Shown piece after piece: positions 11,003 to 22,779 of a DNA stretch of 64,000 nucleotides; the stretch's first letter is position 1, and every line of letters starts with the position of its first letter. Position numbers and translations under genes: made by a program. A model generated the notes under the pieces. It ran no database searches. It was not told the DNA's origin and saw only the letters and a program-made list of their open reading frames with translations. Source of the DNA: Spirochaetaceae bacterium (GTDB lineage Bacteria; Spirochaetota; Spirochaetia; DSM-2461); NCBI GenBank assembly GCA_051531975.1, contig JAOPTT010000009.1:288001-352000 (forward strand), written 5' to 3'.

Positions 11003-12160
11003 CTAGATTGCTCTAGCTACAACAACACCAGCTAAAGATTTAACATCGGCTTCTATAACTTTTGCATCTTTATCAGTATTAACAATAGCGTAAGTTAAAT
11101 TACCTCTTGTTTCAGTTATCATATCAGTATATGTGATCCCTGCTTTCTTAAGTGCTTCTGTCATTCCAAAAAGTAATTCTGAATTGTTTTTTGCACAAGC
11201 TGTAATTCTAGGACCATTAACGTCTAAGGTCACGTTAGGGAAGTTCACAGAGTTTAATACATTTCCAGTTTCTAAGTATAAAGAAACTTGGTTAACTACC
11301 ATTTTAGCACAATTCTCTTCAGATTCATTTGTGGAAGCACCTAAATGAGGAATAGGAATAATGTTATCTACATTTACCATTAAAGCATTAGGAAAGTCCG
11401 TAATATATTTTGCAACTTTACCAGATTTAACAGCAGCTACCATATCAACATCGTTAATTAGTCCACCTCTTGCAAAGTTAACAATTCTAACACCATCGAT
11501 ACACTTAGCTAAAAGCTCAGCATTAAACATTGCTTTTGTATCTGCATTTACAGGTAAGTGTAATGATAAATAATCAACCTCTGCAAAAATTGCATCCATA
11601 GAGTCTTTAATTACAATGTTTGATGATAGTTTTGCTTTTGCAGCATCAGAAATAAATGGGTCGTAACCAACAACTTCCATACCTAAAGCGTCACAAGCAT
11701 TGGCAACTAATCCACCAATTGCTCCTAAACCGATAACTCCCATTTTTTTACCAAGAATCTCAGGTCCACCAAAATTAGATTTACCTTTTTCTACCTGTGC
11801 AGGAACATCAGTATCACCATCTTTAAGCTCTTTAGCCCAAACAATAGATTCAAATACAGCACGGGATGACATAAATAGAGCAGTAATAACTAACTCTTTT
11901 ACAGCATTTGCATTTGCACCAGGTGCATTAAATACAACAATACCTTCTTCTGTACATCTGTCTGCTGGTACATTGTTAGTTCCAGCTCCAGCTCTACCAA
12001 TTGCCTTCATTGTTGATGGGAACTTAGTATCATGAAGTTTGTAACTTCTTAAAATGATTCCCTCAGCATCTGTATGGTTTTCATTTATATCGTATTTAGC
12101 TTTATCAAATAGAGATAAACCTTTATCAGAAATCTTATTATATGTCTGTATTTTGTACAT
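11003..12160 (-). CDS. serA: D-3-phosphoglycerate dehydrogenase
   Basis: GRAGAGTNN, GLGAIG, NFARG, PHLGAST, C-terminal ACT-like domain; follows serC. Confidence 0.92.
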   Translation of the reverse strand: MYKIQTYNKISDKGLSLFDKAKYDINENHTDAEGIILRSYKLHDTKFPSTMKAIGRAGAGTNNVPADRCTEEGIVVFNAPGANANAVKELVITALFMSSRAVFESIVWAKELKDGDTDVPAQVEKGKSNFGGPEILGKKMGVIGLGAIGGLVANACDALGMEVVGYDPFISDAAKAKLSSNIVIKDSMDAIFAEVDYLSLHLPVNADTKAMFNAELLAKCIDGVRIVNFARGGLINDVDMVAAVKSGKVAKYITDFPNALMVNVDNIIPIPHLGASTNESEENCAKMVVNQVSLYLETGNVLNSVNFPNVTLDVNGPRITACAKNNSELLFGMTEALKKAGITYTDMITETRGNLTYAIVNTDKDAKVIEADVKSLAGVVVARAI

Positions 12161-12192
12161 TATTGTCTTCTCCACTCAATATATATATGTTA

Positions 12193-13269
12193 TTAGCTAT
12201 TTGCTTTCTCAAAATCAGCCATAACTTTAACTAATTTCTCTACACCCTCTAATGGCATAGCGTTATAGATAGAAGCTCTCATTCCACCAACAGATCTGTG
12301 ACCTTTTAATGTCATTAAATCTTGGGAAGCAGCCTCTTTAATAAATTTAGCATCTAATTCATCGTTACCAGTTACAAAAGGGATATTCATTAAAGATCTA
12401 TCTTCAACTTTTGCAGTTCCTGAGAACATTTTACTGTTATCTAAATAGTTGTATAGTAGGTTAGCTTTAGTTAGGTTATTTTTATAAATACCATCTAATC
12501 CACCCTTAGATTTAATCCAACCTAAAACTTTACCTAAAATATAGATACCATAAGTAGGAGGTGTATTAAACATAGAAGCTGCATCAGCATGTGTTTTATA
12601 CTGCATCATTGTTGGTGTACCTTCAATGTGCTTACCAATTAGGTCATCTCTGATTATTACAAGTGTAACTCCAGCAGGTCCTAAGTTCTTCTGTGCACCA
12701 GCAAAGATAACACCGTAGTCACTTACATTTATAGGCTCTGACATAATGTTTGAAGACATATCTGCAATAATTGGAGTATCTCCAGTATTTGGTAGTTCTA
12801 CAAATCTTGTACCATAAATAGTATTGTTACTAGCAAGATATACATAATCAGCATCGTCTGAAAATTTAAGATCTTTTGGAATATATGAGAAAGTAGCATC
12901 TTCTGATGATGCAATAACATTAGCTTCACCAACTAGTTTAATTTCGGTTACAGCTTTTTTCGTCCAAGCACCTGTGTTAATAACGTCAACTTTACCAGTT
13001 TTGTTCATTAGGTTCATTGGAAGCATTGCAAACTGAGTAGAAGCTCCACCTTGTAAAAATAGCACTTTGTAGTTATCAGGTACGTCCATAACTTCTCTTA
13101 CAAGTTTTTCTGCATTATCATATATGGCTACAAACTCTTTGGATCTGTGACTCATCTCCATTACGGACATTCCCGAGCCTTGGTAATCTAGCATCTCTGA
13201 TGCTGCTTCTTGTAAGACTTCCTGAGGAAGCATTGCAGGTCCTGCGGAAAAATTGAAAACTCTTTTCAT
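12193..13269 (-). CDS. serC: Phosphoserine aminotransferase
   Basis: NFSAGPA, FLQGGA, AGAQKN, GHRSVGGMRASIYNA. Confidence 0.97.
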   Translation of the reverse strand: MKRVFNFSAGPAMLPQEVLQEAASEMLDYQGSGMSVMEMSHRSKEFVAIYDNAEKLVREVMDVPDNYKVLFLQGGASTQFAMLPMNLMNKTGKVDVINTGAWTKKAVTEIKLVGEANVIASSEDATFSYIPKDLKFSDDADYVYLASNNTIYGTRFVELPNTGDTPIIADMSSNIMSEPINVSDYGVIFAGAQKNLGPAGVTLVIIRDDLIGKHIEGTPTMMQYKTHADAASMFNTPPTYGIYILGKVLGWIKSKGGLDGIYKNNLTKANLLYNYLDNSKMFSGTAKVEDRSLMNIPFVTGNDELDAKFIKEAASQDLMTLKGHRSVGGMRASIYNAMPLEGVEKLVKVMADFEKANS

Positions 13270-13326
13270 AATTTTACTCTCCTTGGTTGCTTAGCTGAGC
13301 GGGATTGTATTAACAATCCGACCGGC

Positions 13327-13980
13327 TTAAGTTTGTTTGTTTTCATATTGTGATATCAACGCAGATAAAATATTAAATTCACCTGCTATAAATATATTTC
13401 GTATAAAAACATCATCTCTGTTTATCTCTATTAAAACAGGGCTGAAGTTAATAATTCCTTTAATTCCACATGCTATAAGGTCATTTGCGACTTTTCTTGC
13501 ACTGGCTTGTGGTACAGTTATCATACCAATTTTAATCTGTTCTTTTTCAATTATATCTTTCATTTTGTCCATAGGGTATATGGTCATATCTGTTCTATCG
13601 TTTATAAGTTTAGCATCATTATTATCAAACCCTGCAACTACTGTATATTCATTTGAATAAAATCCATTTTTAGTTGTAATTACCGTTCCTAATCTACCCA
13701 TTCCAACTATACACGCTTTTTTGTATTTATTGAAACCAAGATACTCTGCAATTATGTTTTTTAAGTTAATAATATCGTAACCATTACCGTTACCAGCTTG
13801 TCTTAAAAAGCTAATATCTTTTCTGATTGTATGGGAGGGAACTCCAAGAAGTTTACCAATTTCGGCTGAAAATATCCGTTCTTGTCCTTCCTTTTGTAGG
13901 TTTTCTAAAAGGACAAACAGAGTTGATAACCTAACAATAGTAGGTTTTGGTATGATAAGTCTGTCTAGCTCATTTTTCAT
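13327..13980 (-). CDS. rex: Redox-sensing repressor Rex (divergent)
   Basis: N-terminal wHTH (IPKPTIVRL, TIRKDIS, GY), Rossmann VGMGRLG, GIKGIINFSP; GGAG RBS before ATG 13980. Confidence 0.85.
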   Translation of the reverse strand: MKNELDRLIIPKPTIVRLSTLFVLLENLQKEGQERIFSAEIGKLLGVPSHTIRKDISFLRQAGNGNGYDIINLKNIIAEYLGFNKYKKACIVGMGRLGTVITTKNGFYSNEYTVVAGFDNNDAKLINDRTDMTIYPMDKMKDIIEKEQIKIGMITVPQASARKVANDLIACGIKGIINFSPVLIEINRDDVFIRNIFIAGEFNILSALISQYENKQT

Positions 13981-13988
13981 ATCAACTC

Positions 13989-14006
13989 CAGTGAATAATT
14001 TCACAT
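13989..14006. promoter_or_regulatory. Rex-type operator
   Basis: caGTGAA-taat-TTCACAt versus known consensus TTGTGAA-N4-TTCACAA; lies between a minus-strand TTGACA-18-TATTAT promoter (14042-14013) and the rex RBS. Confidence 0.75.
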
Positions 14007-14327
14007 TATTTAATAATATAAAAATATATCGATTCCTGTCAATTGCAAATATACAAATATAATATAAATGAATTTTTAGGACTAAAATAATGTTTTGTTA
14101 TAATAGGTATCGGCAGGGCTTTTAATTTTATTTTTCATGGAATTTTCAAAATTACGGGATAAATTATATTTATTTAGCAAATTATTAATGTTTTGATAAA
14201 CTCCTGTTTTATATGATTGGTCCATTTTTGAACTATTATATAAAGCACATAATTCTGGATATAATAGAGGGCATTCCTTGTTAATGAAGAGCCGATTTAC
14301 AAATAATTTCAGAAATATCCATATATC

Positions 14328-15212
14328 TTATTTATAAGCTTTGGATATCTCTGTTGCAATATTTTTTAAGTTTAAAAGGTAGTCCTGGTGTAGAGGGTTT
14401 AATGAAGTTACTCTTCCACCAATTGCGTCGGCTATAACCTTCGCACTTTTTATAGAGAACTCAGGTTGAACTACAATTATTTTAGCTCCATCTGCTATAG
14501 CTTCAGATATTATTCTTTCTAAACCTTTAGGTGTAGGTTCTTTTCCTCCGGTCTCTACGGCTTCCTGAATTAATCCAAACTCATCTAAGAAGTATCCAAA
14601 TGATGGGTGATAAACAAATACTACGTTTCCTTTGTATGGATCTAGAATCTGATGTAATTCCTCTGTTATAGAGTTTAGCTGTTTTATTAGTATATTAAAC
14701 CTAGAAGTATAATATTCTTCTCCTTCAGGATCAGATTTAATTAGATTTATTAATATGTTTTGAGCTATTATTTTTCCTAAAACTGGAGATAACCAAGTAT
14801 GTGGGTCTAATTCTTCATTTTCTGGGTGTTCCTCGACGGAGTGATTGTGACCTTCTACTATTTCCCTTTTTTTTATACCTATAGATGAATCTATGACCTT
14901 AAGATTTTTTAAAGTATTCAATATTTTACCTAAGTAGATATTTTCAAATGGAACACCAATAGTAAATAGTATATCGGCGGTACTAAGTTTAACTATTTGA
15001 TTTGGTGTTGGTTGATATGTTGCTGGATTTTTACCTGGTCCAACTAGAACACTGCAATCTACCCGCTCTCCACCAATCTGTTCCACAAAAAACTTCTGAG
15101 GAATAATGCTTGTAAATACTTTTAAACTATTTGATTCTTCTTCGATATTTGTTGTACCAAATAGTGAATATATTGAAATAACTGATAATATTAGATATGT
15201 AATTCGTTTCAT
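14328..15212 (-). CDS. Zn/Mn ABC transporter substrate-binding protein (ZnuA-like)
   Basis: His/Glu-rich loop, DPHTWLSP, YHPSFGY. Confidence 0.9.
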   Translation of the reverse strand: MKRITYLILSVISIYSLFGTTNIEEESNSLKVFTSIIPQKFFVEQIGGERVDCSVLVGPGKNPATYQPTPNQIVKLSTADILFTIGVPFENIYLGKILNTLKNLKVIDSSIGIKKREIVEGHNHSVEEHPENEELDPHTWLSPVLGKIIAQNILINLIKSDPEGEEYYTSRFNILIKQLNSITEELHQILDPYKGNVVFVYHPSFGYFLDEFGLIQEAVETGGKEPTPKGLERIISEAIADGAKIIVVQPEFSIKSAKVIADAIGGRVTSLNPLHQDYLLNLKNIATEISKAYK

Positions 15213-15315
15213 GATTTTAAAAGTAATATTTGTTTATTTAATAGTCAACGCTACATAAAGCTTTCATAAGTTATAAAAAGTTGCACCATGTGAAAGTCTG
15301 GACTATTATTATCTT

Positions 15316-18276
15316 ATGCTTAAAATTAATAGATTTAATAATATATATGGAAGAGATACAGAAAAAGAGATCTTAATAAAAACTTTTAAGAAGTCAATCA
15401 ATAATATGCTACAGATAATATATGTTTCAGGACCCATTGGCTCAGGAAAAACTTCAGTAGTTAATGATATACAGAAAGAGATACAAGAGTGTAATGGTAT
15501 TTTTTTAAAAGGACAGTACGATCAACATAATATAAATTTACCATTTAACAGTTTATCAAAAGCATTTTACAATTATTTTGATACAATTTTGGTAAGAGAT
15601 GAAGAGAAAGCAAAAGAAATTTGTAACTCTATAGAAGTTGAGCTTGGGGATAATCTTCAATTTGTTTTACAGGCATTCCCAGATATTGGAACCTTTTTTA
15701 AAAACAGAGATGCCTCAGTAGGTCTTCCTATAAAAGAACAGGAGAGTATATTAATATCAAGTTGTATAACTTTTTTTAAAATTATTGGAGATTTAGGTGG
15801 ACCTATATTTTTATTCTATGATAATTTTCAGTGGGCAGATAATAGCTCAATAGAGTTACTCCAGCTATTGTTTAAATCTATTGATCTAAAAAATATAACA
15901 ATTGTTTGCGCTTTCAGAGGGATCGAATCAAATGAAAAACTAAGTGCCCTAATCAATTCTAATAAGAACAGCAAAAATGTTACATCTTTACCAATTAGTC
16001 CAATAGATTCAGATACTATAATGAAGATTTTAATCGAAACGTTTGATAATGATAATCCAGAAATTAAACCGTTATCAGACTTTATAATGAGAAAAACTAG
16101 GGGGAATCCTCTTCAAATTCATAATATTTTAAGAATACTTGTTAAGGATAATTTAATTAAACAGTACATTAATGATAATTGGAATTGGTCTTTATCGGAT
16201 ATTGAAAAATATGATATTGGAAAGAGCTTAGAAGATAATTTTTATCATGATTTTGAAGATCTTTCAGATTCGAAAAAAAAGTGTTTAGAATACGCCGCTT
16301 GTATTGGGGACAGCTTTTCAATTCAGGAGTTATTTCTATTTGTCGATAAAAACTTAAGCTTAAGAGATGATCTGGTTGAATTGATGTCAGATGGTTATAT
16401 AGTCTCTAGTAATCTAAGTGCTAGACTATTAAGTTATCCTAATATTGAAGTTAATTGTATTGGAGCTGGGAAACCTGTAGTATTAAGTTTCCTGCATGAT
16501 TCTATTTATAAAACTTGTCTAGGATCTTTATCTAAGGAGACAAAACAAGAGGTTCATTTGAAGCTAGGACTTCATTACCTAGAAAAAAGTCTATTACAAA
16601 AATCTTTTAGTATTAAAAGTGCTCTTCAATTTATATTATGCGAAGAAACTATTCCTAAGAGTTATAAAAAGCAGCTCTTAGATTTATATCTTGTGGCCGG
16701 TTCCCAGTGTCTAAAGACAGGAGCTTATGATCTAGGATTAAAGCTATCCCTAGAAGCAAAAAAAATATTATCTAAAGACTTCTCTCTGTCGGAATATCCA
16801 GATATTGCTAGAGATGTATATTTGAACTTAATGAAATCATACTACTTAAAGGATGAGATCCAGTTAGCTGAAGAACTGTCAGTTTCCCTTGTTGATATGA
16901 GTATTGGGCAGATTAAAAAGGCAGAAATATATAAAGAGCAAATGTCATGTTATTTATATCTAGGAAAGTTAAAAGAGTGTTTATCAAAAGGTCATAAAGC
17001 ACTTTCTATATTAAATTATCATTTTGATACAGATCCATCTATGTTTAAATTTATTCAAAAACTAATTTGGACTAACATTAAATTAAAACCACTTAAGACT
17101 AGAGATCTTTTATACAATGTGTCTGGGAAAGATAAAAGAGTTGAGTTAATTATTAATATCCTTGGAGGATTTATTGCTCCAGCATTTATCGCAGGAGAGT
17201 CTTATCTATTTTCTGTGGCATCGTTAAGTCAGATTCTTTTAACACTTAAACATGGGAATTATAAGGAGTCCGGTTGTTCATATAGTAGTTATGCTCTTTT
17301 ATTAAGTGGTTTAGGGAATTATAAAAAAGCGGCGCACTATTCTGAACTAGCAATAAAACTAAATGAGACTGGAGGTTCCAGTTTCTGGACTCCCTTAATT
17401 GATTCTATTAATATGTTATTTGTTGCCCCATGGAATAAGAGGTGGGAAGAGTTACCAGATCTTTCAAAAAAAGCGATGACTTCTTCTAAGCAAATTGGAG
17501 AGAAGTTTATATTGGCTAATCATTATAGTTTTGTAAATCAGTGGAACCCACATATAACTTTGACAAATGCAATAAAAGAGGGTGATTCATATCTAGAACT
17601 AATTACTGACTTAAACCAAGAAGGTCCATATTGGGGAGCAAAAGTTGTATACCAACGATGGATGAATTTAACTGGTCAACTCTCAGATAATTTAACTTTA
17701 GACTCATATTCTTTTAATGCCAAAGAGGTTCTAAAAAAACTATCTGAGATTAATTATATTTCAGGAATTGCAGTTTATCATATACAGATGATGACAATAT
17801 TATATCATCGTGGGCAGTATGAAAAAGCATATGATTGTTTTTTAGATTGTAATAAGGTTGTTTCTACATTAGCCGGGTCGGCCTATATATTCGATTATAC
17901 ATTATATGGTTTTCTTTTAAATGCAGCACTATATAGACAAAGTTCAGACAGAAAAATAAAAAGAAGTAATTTTAAGAGTATGAACAAACTAAGTCGGCGT
18001 ATGGATAAATGGGCTAGTATTAACCCAGATAATTTTAACTATTATAAGATACTTTTTGATGCAGAACGATGTTTTTCTAAAGGTAAAACAAATAGAGCCC
18101 AAACTTTATATAAAGAAAGTCAGTATTTTGTAGAATCTAGTATAAATAATAGAGATAAAGGCATTGTTCTAGAAGCTGCTAGTAGATTTTATATGAATAT
18201 AAATCATGAAGATACTGCCACTAAATTAGAAATTGAATCTAAAGGATATTATAAAGAGTGGGGTTATATAAAATAG
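15316..18276 (+). CDS. Large STAND-like AAA ATPase with helical-repeat C-terminus
   Basis: Walker A GPIGSGKT, DNFQWAD, TRGNPL, FLHD; resembles the central module of STPK/AAA/GAF/HK sensor proteins. Confidence 0.8.
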   Translation: MLKINRFNNIYGRDTEKEILIKTFKKSINNMLQIIYVSGPIGSGKTSVVNDIQKEIQECNGIFLKGQYDQHNINLPFNSLSKAFYNYFDTILVRDEEKAKEICNSIEVELGDNLQFVLQAFPDIGTFFKNRDASVGLPIKEQESILISSCITFFKIIGDLGGPIFLFYDNFQWADNSSIELLQLLFKSIDLKNITIVCAFRGIESNEKLSALINSNKNSKNVTSLPISPIDSDTIMKILIETFDNDNPEIKPLSDFIMRKTRGNPLQIHNILRILVKDNLIKQYINDNWNWSLSDIEKYDIGKSLEDNFYHDFEDLSDSKKKCLEYAACIGDSFSIQELFLFVDKNLSLRDDLVELMSDGYIVSSNLSARLLSYPNIEVNCIGAGKPVVLSFLHDSIYKTCLGSLSKETKQEVHLKLGLHYLEKSLLQKSFSIKSALQFILCEETIPKSYKKQLLDLYLVAGSQCLKTGAYDLGLKLSLEAKKILSKDFSLSEYPDIARDVYLNLMKSYYLKDEIQLAEELSVSLVDMSIGQIKKAEIYKEQMSCYLYLGKLKECLSKGHKALSILNYHFDTDPSMFKFIQKLIWTNIKLKPLKTRDLLYNVSGKDKRVELIINILGGFIAPAFIAGESYLFSVASLSQILLTLKHGNYKESGCSYSSYALLLSGLGNYKKAAHYSELAIKLNETGGSSFWTPLIDSINMLFVAPWNKRWEELPDLSKKAMTSSKQIGEKFILANHYSFVNQWNPHITLTNAIKEGDSYLELITDLNQEGPYWGAKVVYQRWMNLTGQLSDNLTLDSYSFNAKEVLKKLSEINYISGIAVYHIQMMTILYHRGQYEKAYDCFLDCNKVVSTLAGSAYIFDYTLYGFLLNAALYRQSSDRKIKRSNFKSMNKLSRRMDKWASINPDNFNYYKILFDAERCFSKGKTNRAQTLYKESQYFVESSINNRDKGIVLEAASRFYMNINHEDTATKLEIESKGYYKEWGYIK

Positions 18277-18283
18277 TTAAAAT

Positions 18284-18305
18284 AAAGCCCCATATTATGG
18301 GGCTT
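18284..18305. terminator. Bidirectional terminator between the ATPase gene and aspS
   Basis: aagccccat-att-atggggctt inverted repeat. Confidence 0.7.
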
Positions 18306-18311
18306 ATATAT

Positions 18312-20090
18312 TTACTCTTTCTCGACTGGTAATTTAATCTGAAGGCTTAATTCTTCAACTTGTATAGGCTCAACTTCCGCAGGACTTTCATCCATAGGAG
18401 ACATGGCCATATTGTTTTTAGGGAAAGGAATAACCTCTCTAATTGAGTCTTCTCCAGCCATAATCATAACTAGTCTATCTAAACCTGGAGCAATTCCACC
18501 GTGGGGAGGAGCACCAAATTTAAATGATTCAAGTAGGAAACCAAACTTTGACATAGCTTCTTCTTCCTGGATTCCAACAATAGAGAATATTCTTTTTTGG
18601 ATCTCTGGGTCATGAACTCTAATAGAACCAGATGCTAACTCGTAACCGTTAAGAACTAAGTCGTATAGGTCACCTTTTACTTCACCAGGATTTTCTTCCA
18701 TTGTTTCTAAATATTGATTTTGTGGCATACTAAATAGGTGGTGACAAGCTTCCCAGTTTCCATCATCATTTTTTTCAAATAGTGGGAAATCTACAATCCA
18801 ACAGAAGTTAAAAGTTTTAGGATCAAATAGATTTCTATCAATACCTAATTGTTTTCTAACAGCACCTAAAGATGTTACTGAAGTTTTCCAATCAGAACCC
18901 ATTAGTAGGATTAAGTCATTCTCTTTTGCACCTAAGCCGTCAGTTATTTCAGTAAATTGGTTATTATAAAACTTTGAAACTCCACCATCAAAAGAATCGG
19001 CTTTAACTTTCATCCAAGCTAAACCTTTAGCTCCATGTTGTTTTGCAACTTCTTCTAACTGTGTTATTTTTTTTCTTGAATAATCAGGGGCAGCATCAGG
19101 TACAACGATTGCTCTAACTGCTCCATTTGTATCTAATACAGATTTAAATACTCCAAAGTCAGAACCTGGTACATAAGGTGCGAAATCTTGAAGTTTCATA
19201 TCGAATCTTAATTCTGGTTTATCAGAACCATAGGTATTCATTGCATCCATATAAGTTAATCTTTGGAACTGTGATGGTAGTGTTATTCCCATTGTTTTAT
19301 TAAATATAAAACCCATCATCTCTTCTGTCATTTTATAGATATCTTCAGCTGAAACAAAACTCTGTTCAATATCAATTTGTGTAAACTCTAATTGTCTATC
19401 ACCCCTTGCATCTTCATCACGGTAACATCTAGCAATCTGGAAGTATTTATCCATGTTAGAAACCATTAATATCTGCTTATATAACTGTGGTGATTGAGGT
19501 AGTGCAAAAAACTTTCCTGGGTGCACTCTAGAAGGTACTAAAAAGTCTCTAGCTCCCTCTGGAGTCGCTTTTATTAAAGTTGGAGTCTCAATCTCCATAA
19601 AACCTTGTCCATTTAAGAACTCTCTTGTTGCAAATGTTACGTCGGATCTAAGTTTCATTCTCTTTTGCATACCATCGGATCTTAAATCCAGGTATCTATA
19701 TTTTAATCTAAGTGTCTCGTTAGCTTTTGATTCATCTTCTATCATAAAAGGTAGAGTTTCACACTTATTTAGAATTGTAATAACTTTTGCAGACAGTTCA
19801 ATTTCACCTGTAGCCATGTCAGGATTAATCATGGAGTCAGGTCTTTTTCTTACTATACCTTTAATTGCAACACAGTATTCAAATTTTAGTTCAGAAGCTA
19901 CATCTAAAATATCCTGGTTAGCATCTTCATCTATAACAACCTGTGTTACACCATATTTATCTCTAAGGTTTATAAAGTGTACACCACCATGATTCCGGTT
20001 TTTATGTACCCAACCGTTTAATATAATCTCTTTACCATCGAATTCTTTTGTTAGTTCTCCGCATGTTACGGTTCTCTGCATCTCTTTCAT
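18312..20090 (-). CDS. aspS: Aspartate--tRNA ligase
   Basis: LRLKYRYLDLR, ALPQSPQLYKQ, CYRDED, EFTQID, GAPPHGGIAPGLDR. Confidence 0.98.
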   Translation of the reverse strand: MKEMQRTVTCGELTKEFDGKEIILNGWVHKNRNHGGVHFINLRDKYGVTQVVIDEDANQDILDVASELKFEYCVAIKGIVRKRPDSMINPDMATGEIELSAKVITILNKCETLPFMIEDESKANETLRLKYRYLDLRSDGMQKRMKLRSDVTFATREFLNGQGFMEIETPTLIKATPEGARDFLVPSRVHPGKFFALPQSPQLYKQILMVSNMDKYFQIARCYRDEDARGDRQLEFTQIDIEQSFVSAEDIYKMTEEMMGFIFNKTMGITLPSQFQRLTYMDAMNTYGSDKPELRFDMKLQDFAPYVPGSDFGVFKSVLDTNGAVRAIVVPDAAPDYSRKKITQLEEVAKQHGAKGLAWMKVKADSFDGGVSKFYNNQFTEITDGLGAKENDLILLMGSDWKTSVTSLGAVRKQLGIDRNLFDPKTFNFCWIVDFPLFEKNDDGNWEACHHLFSMPQNQYLETMEENPGEVKGDLYDLVLNGYELASGSIRVHDPEIQKRIFSIVGIQEEEAMSKFGFLLESFKFGAPPHGGIAPGLDRLVMIMAGEDSIREVIPFPKNNMAMSPMDESPAEVEPIQVEELSLQIKLPVEKE

Positions 20091-20200
20091 AAACAAGAGA
20101 ATAGCATTTTTAATTTAGTTTGTTAACTATTTATTCCTATAGGTATTAGTCAAACTTTAGTAAATAACAGATTTTTTTTATGTTTTTGTAATATATTTAG

Positions 20201-20270
20201 TTGTCATATCTATAAATAATTATTATTATGTCTTCATACAATACTAATTAGGACTAAATTAGTCCGAATT
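20201..20270 (+). promoter_or_regulatory. Sigma70-type promoter plus IscR/Rrf2-like palindrome upstream of nifS
   Basis: TTGTCA(20201)-17 bp-TATTAT(20224); AATTAGGACTA-AAT-TAGTCCGAATT at 20246-20270. Confidence 0.6.
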
Positions 20271-20282
20271 ACTTAGGAGTAG

Positions 20283-22419
<2,137 letters not shown>

Positions 22420-22425
22420 TAACAG

Positions 22426-22467
22426 ACCCTGCTTTTGCAGGGGTTATTTTTTTATAAGTATATTATT
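22426..22467 (+). repeat. Left direct repeat / terminator hairpin of the outer insertion
   Basis: 38/42 identical to 42892-42933; first 17 bp (accctgcttttgcaggg) identical. Confidence 0.85.
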
Positions 22468-22595
22468 TATTCAATTTCATATCTAATAATATCTTCCACT
22501 TTTGGAACTGTGTTGTATGTCTTCACCCAATTACCATTTTGTTTGACTTCATATATTTTAAAAACAAATGGTATTCCTTTTGCAATAATAGTGTT
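22467..22595 (-). pseudogene. Detached C-terminal 42 codons of the M23 peptidase whose N-terminal part is at 41485-42024
   Basis: Reads NTIIAKGIPFVFKIYEVKQNGNWVKTYNTVPKVEDIIRYEIE*; joins in frame to ...HLHMQFMNSD when the inner elements are removed. Confidence 0.8.
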
Positions 22596-22711
22596 GGAAG
22601 GTCTTATTTCATTATTATTTAAAGCTATCAACTTTAGTTTTAAATGGGCTTAAATAGTGAAAAATTCCATAAACAAAATCAGTCCCGTGTGTTAAATTTG
22701 GAGATATTGTT
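22596..22711 (+). repeat. Conserved non-coding element end R1
   Basis: About 10 differences in 117 aligned positions versus 24605-24721; first 21 bp identical. Confidence 0.95.
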
Positions 22712-22779
22712 TTTAGGAAGCTTTAAATAATCAAATATGTTAGTGTTCTACTTTGTATGTAGCAGTATTATCAATTATG

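Noticed and set aside
15213..15245. Zur/Fur box upstream of the stand-alone ZnuA-like gene
   Set aside because: Only a weak AT-rich pseudo-palindrome, not distinguishable from background.
22435..22653. 72-aa plus-strand ORF
   Set aside because: Starts inside the terminator and is antisense to the M23 C-terminal fragment and R1.
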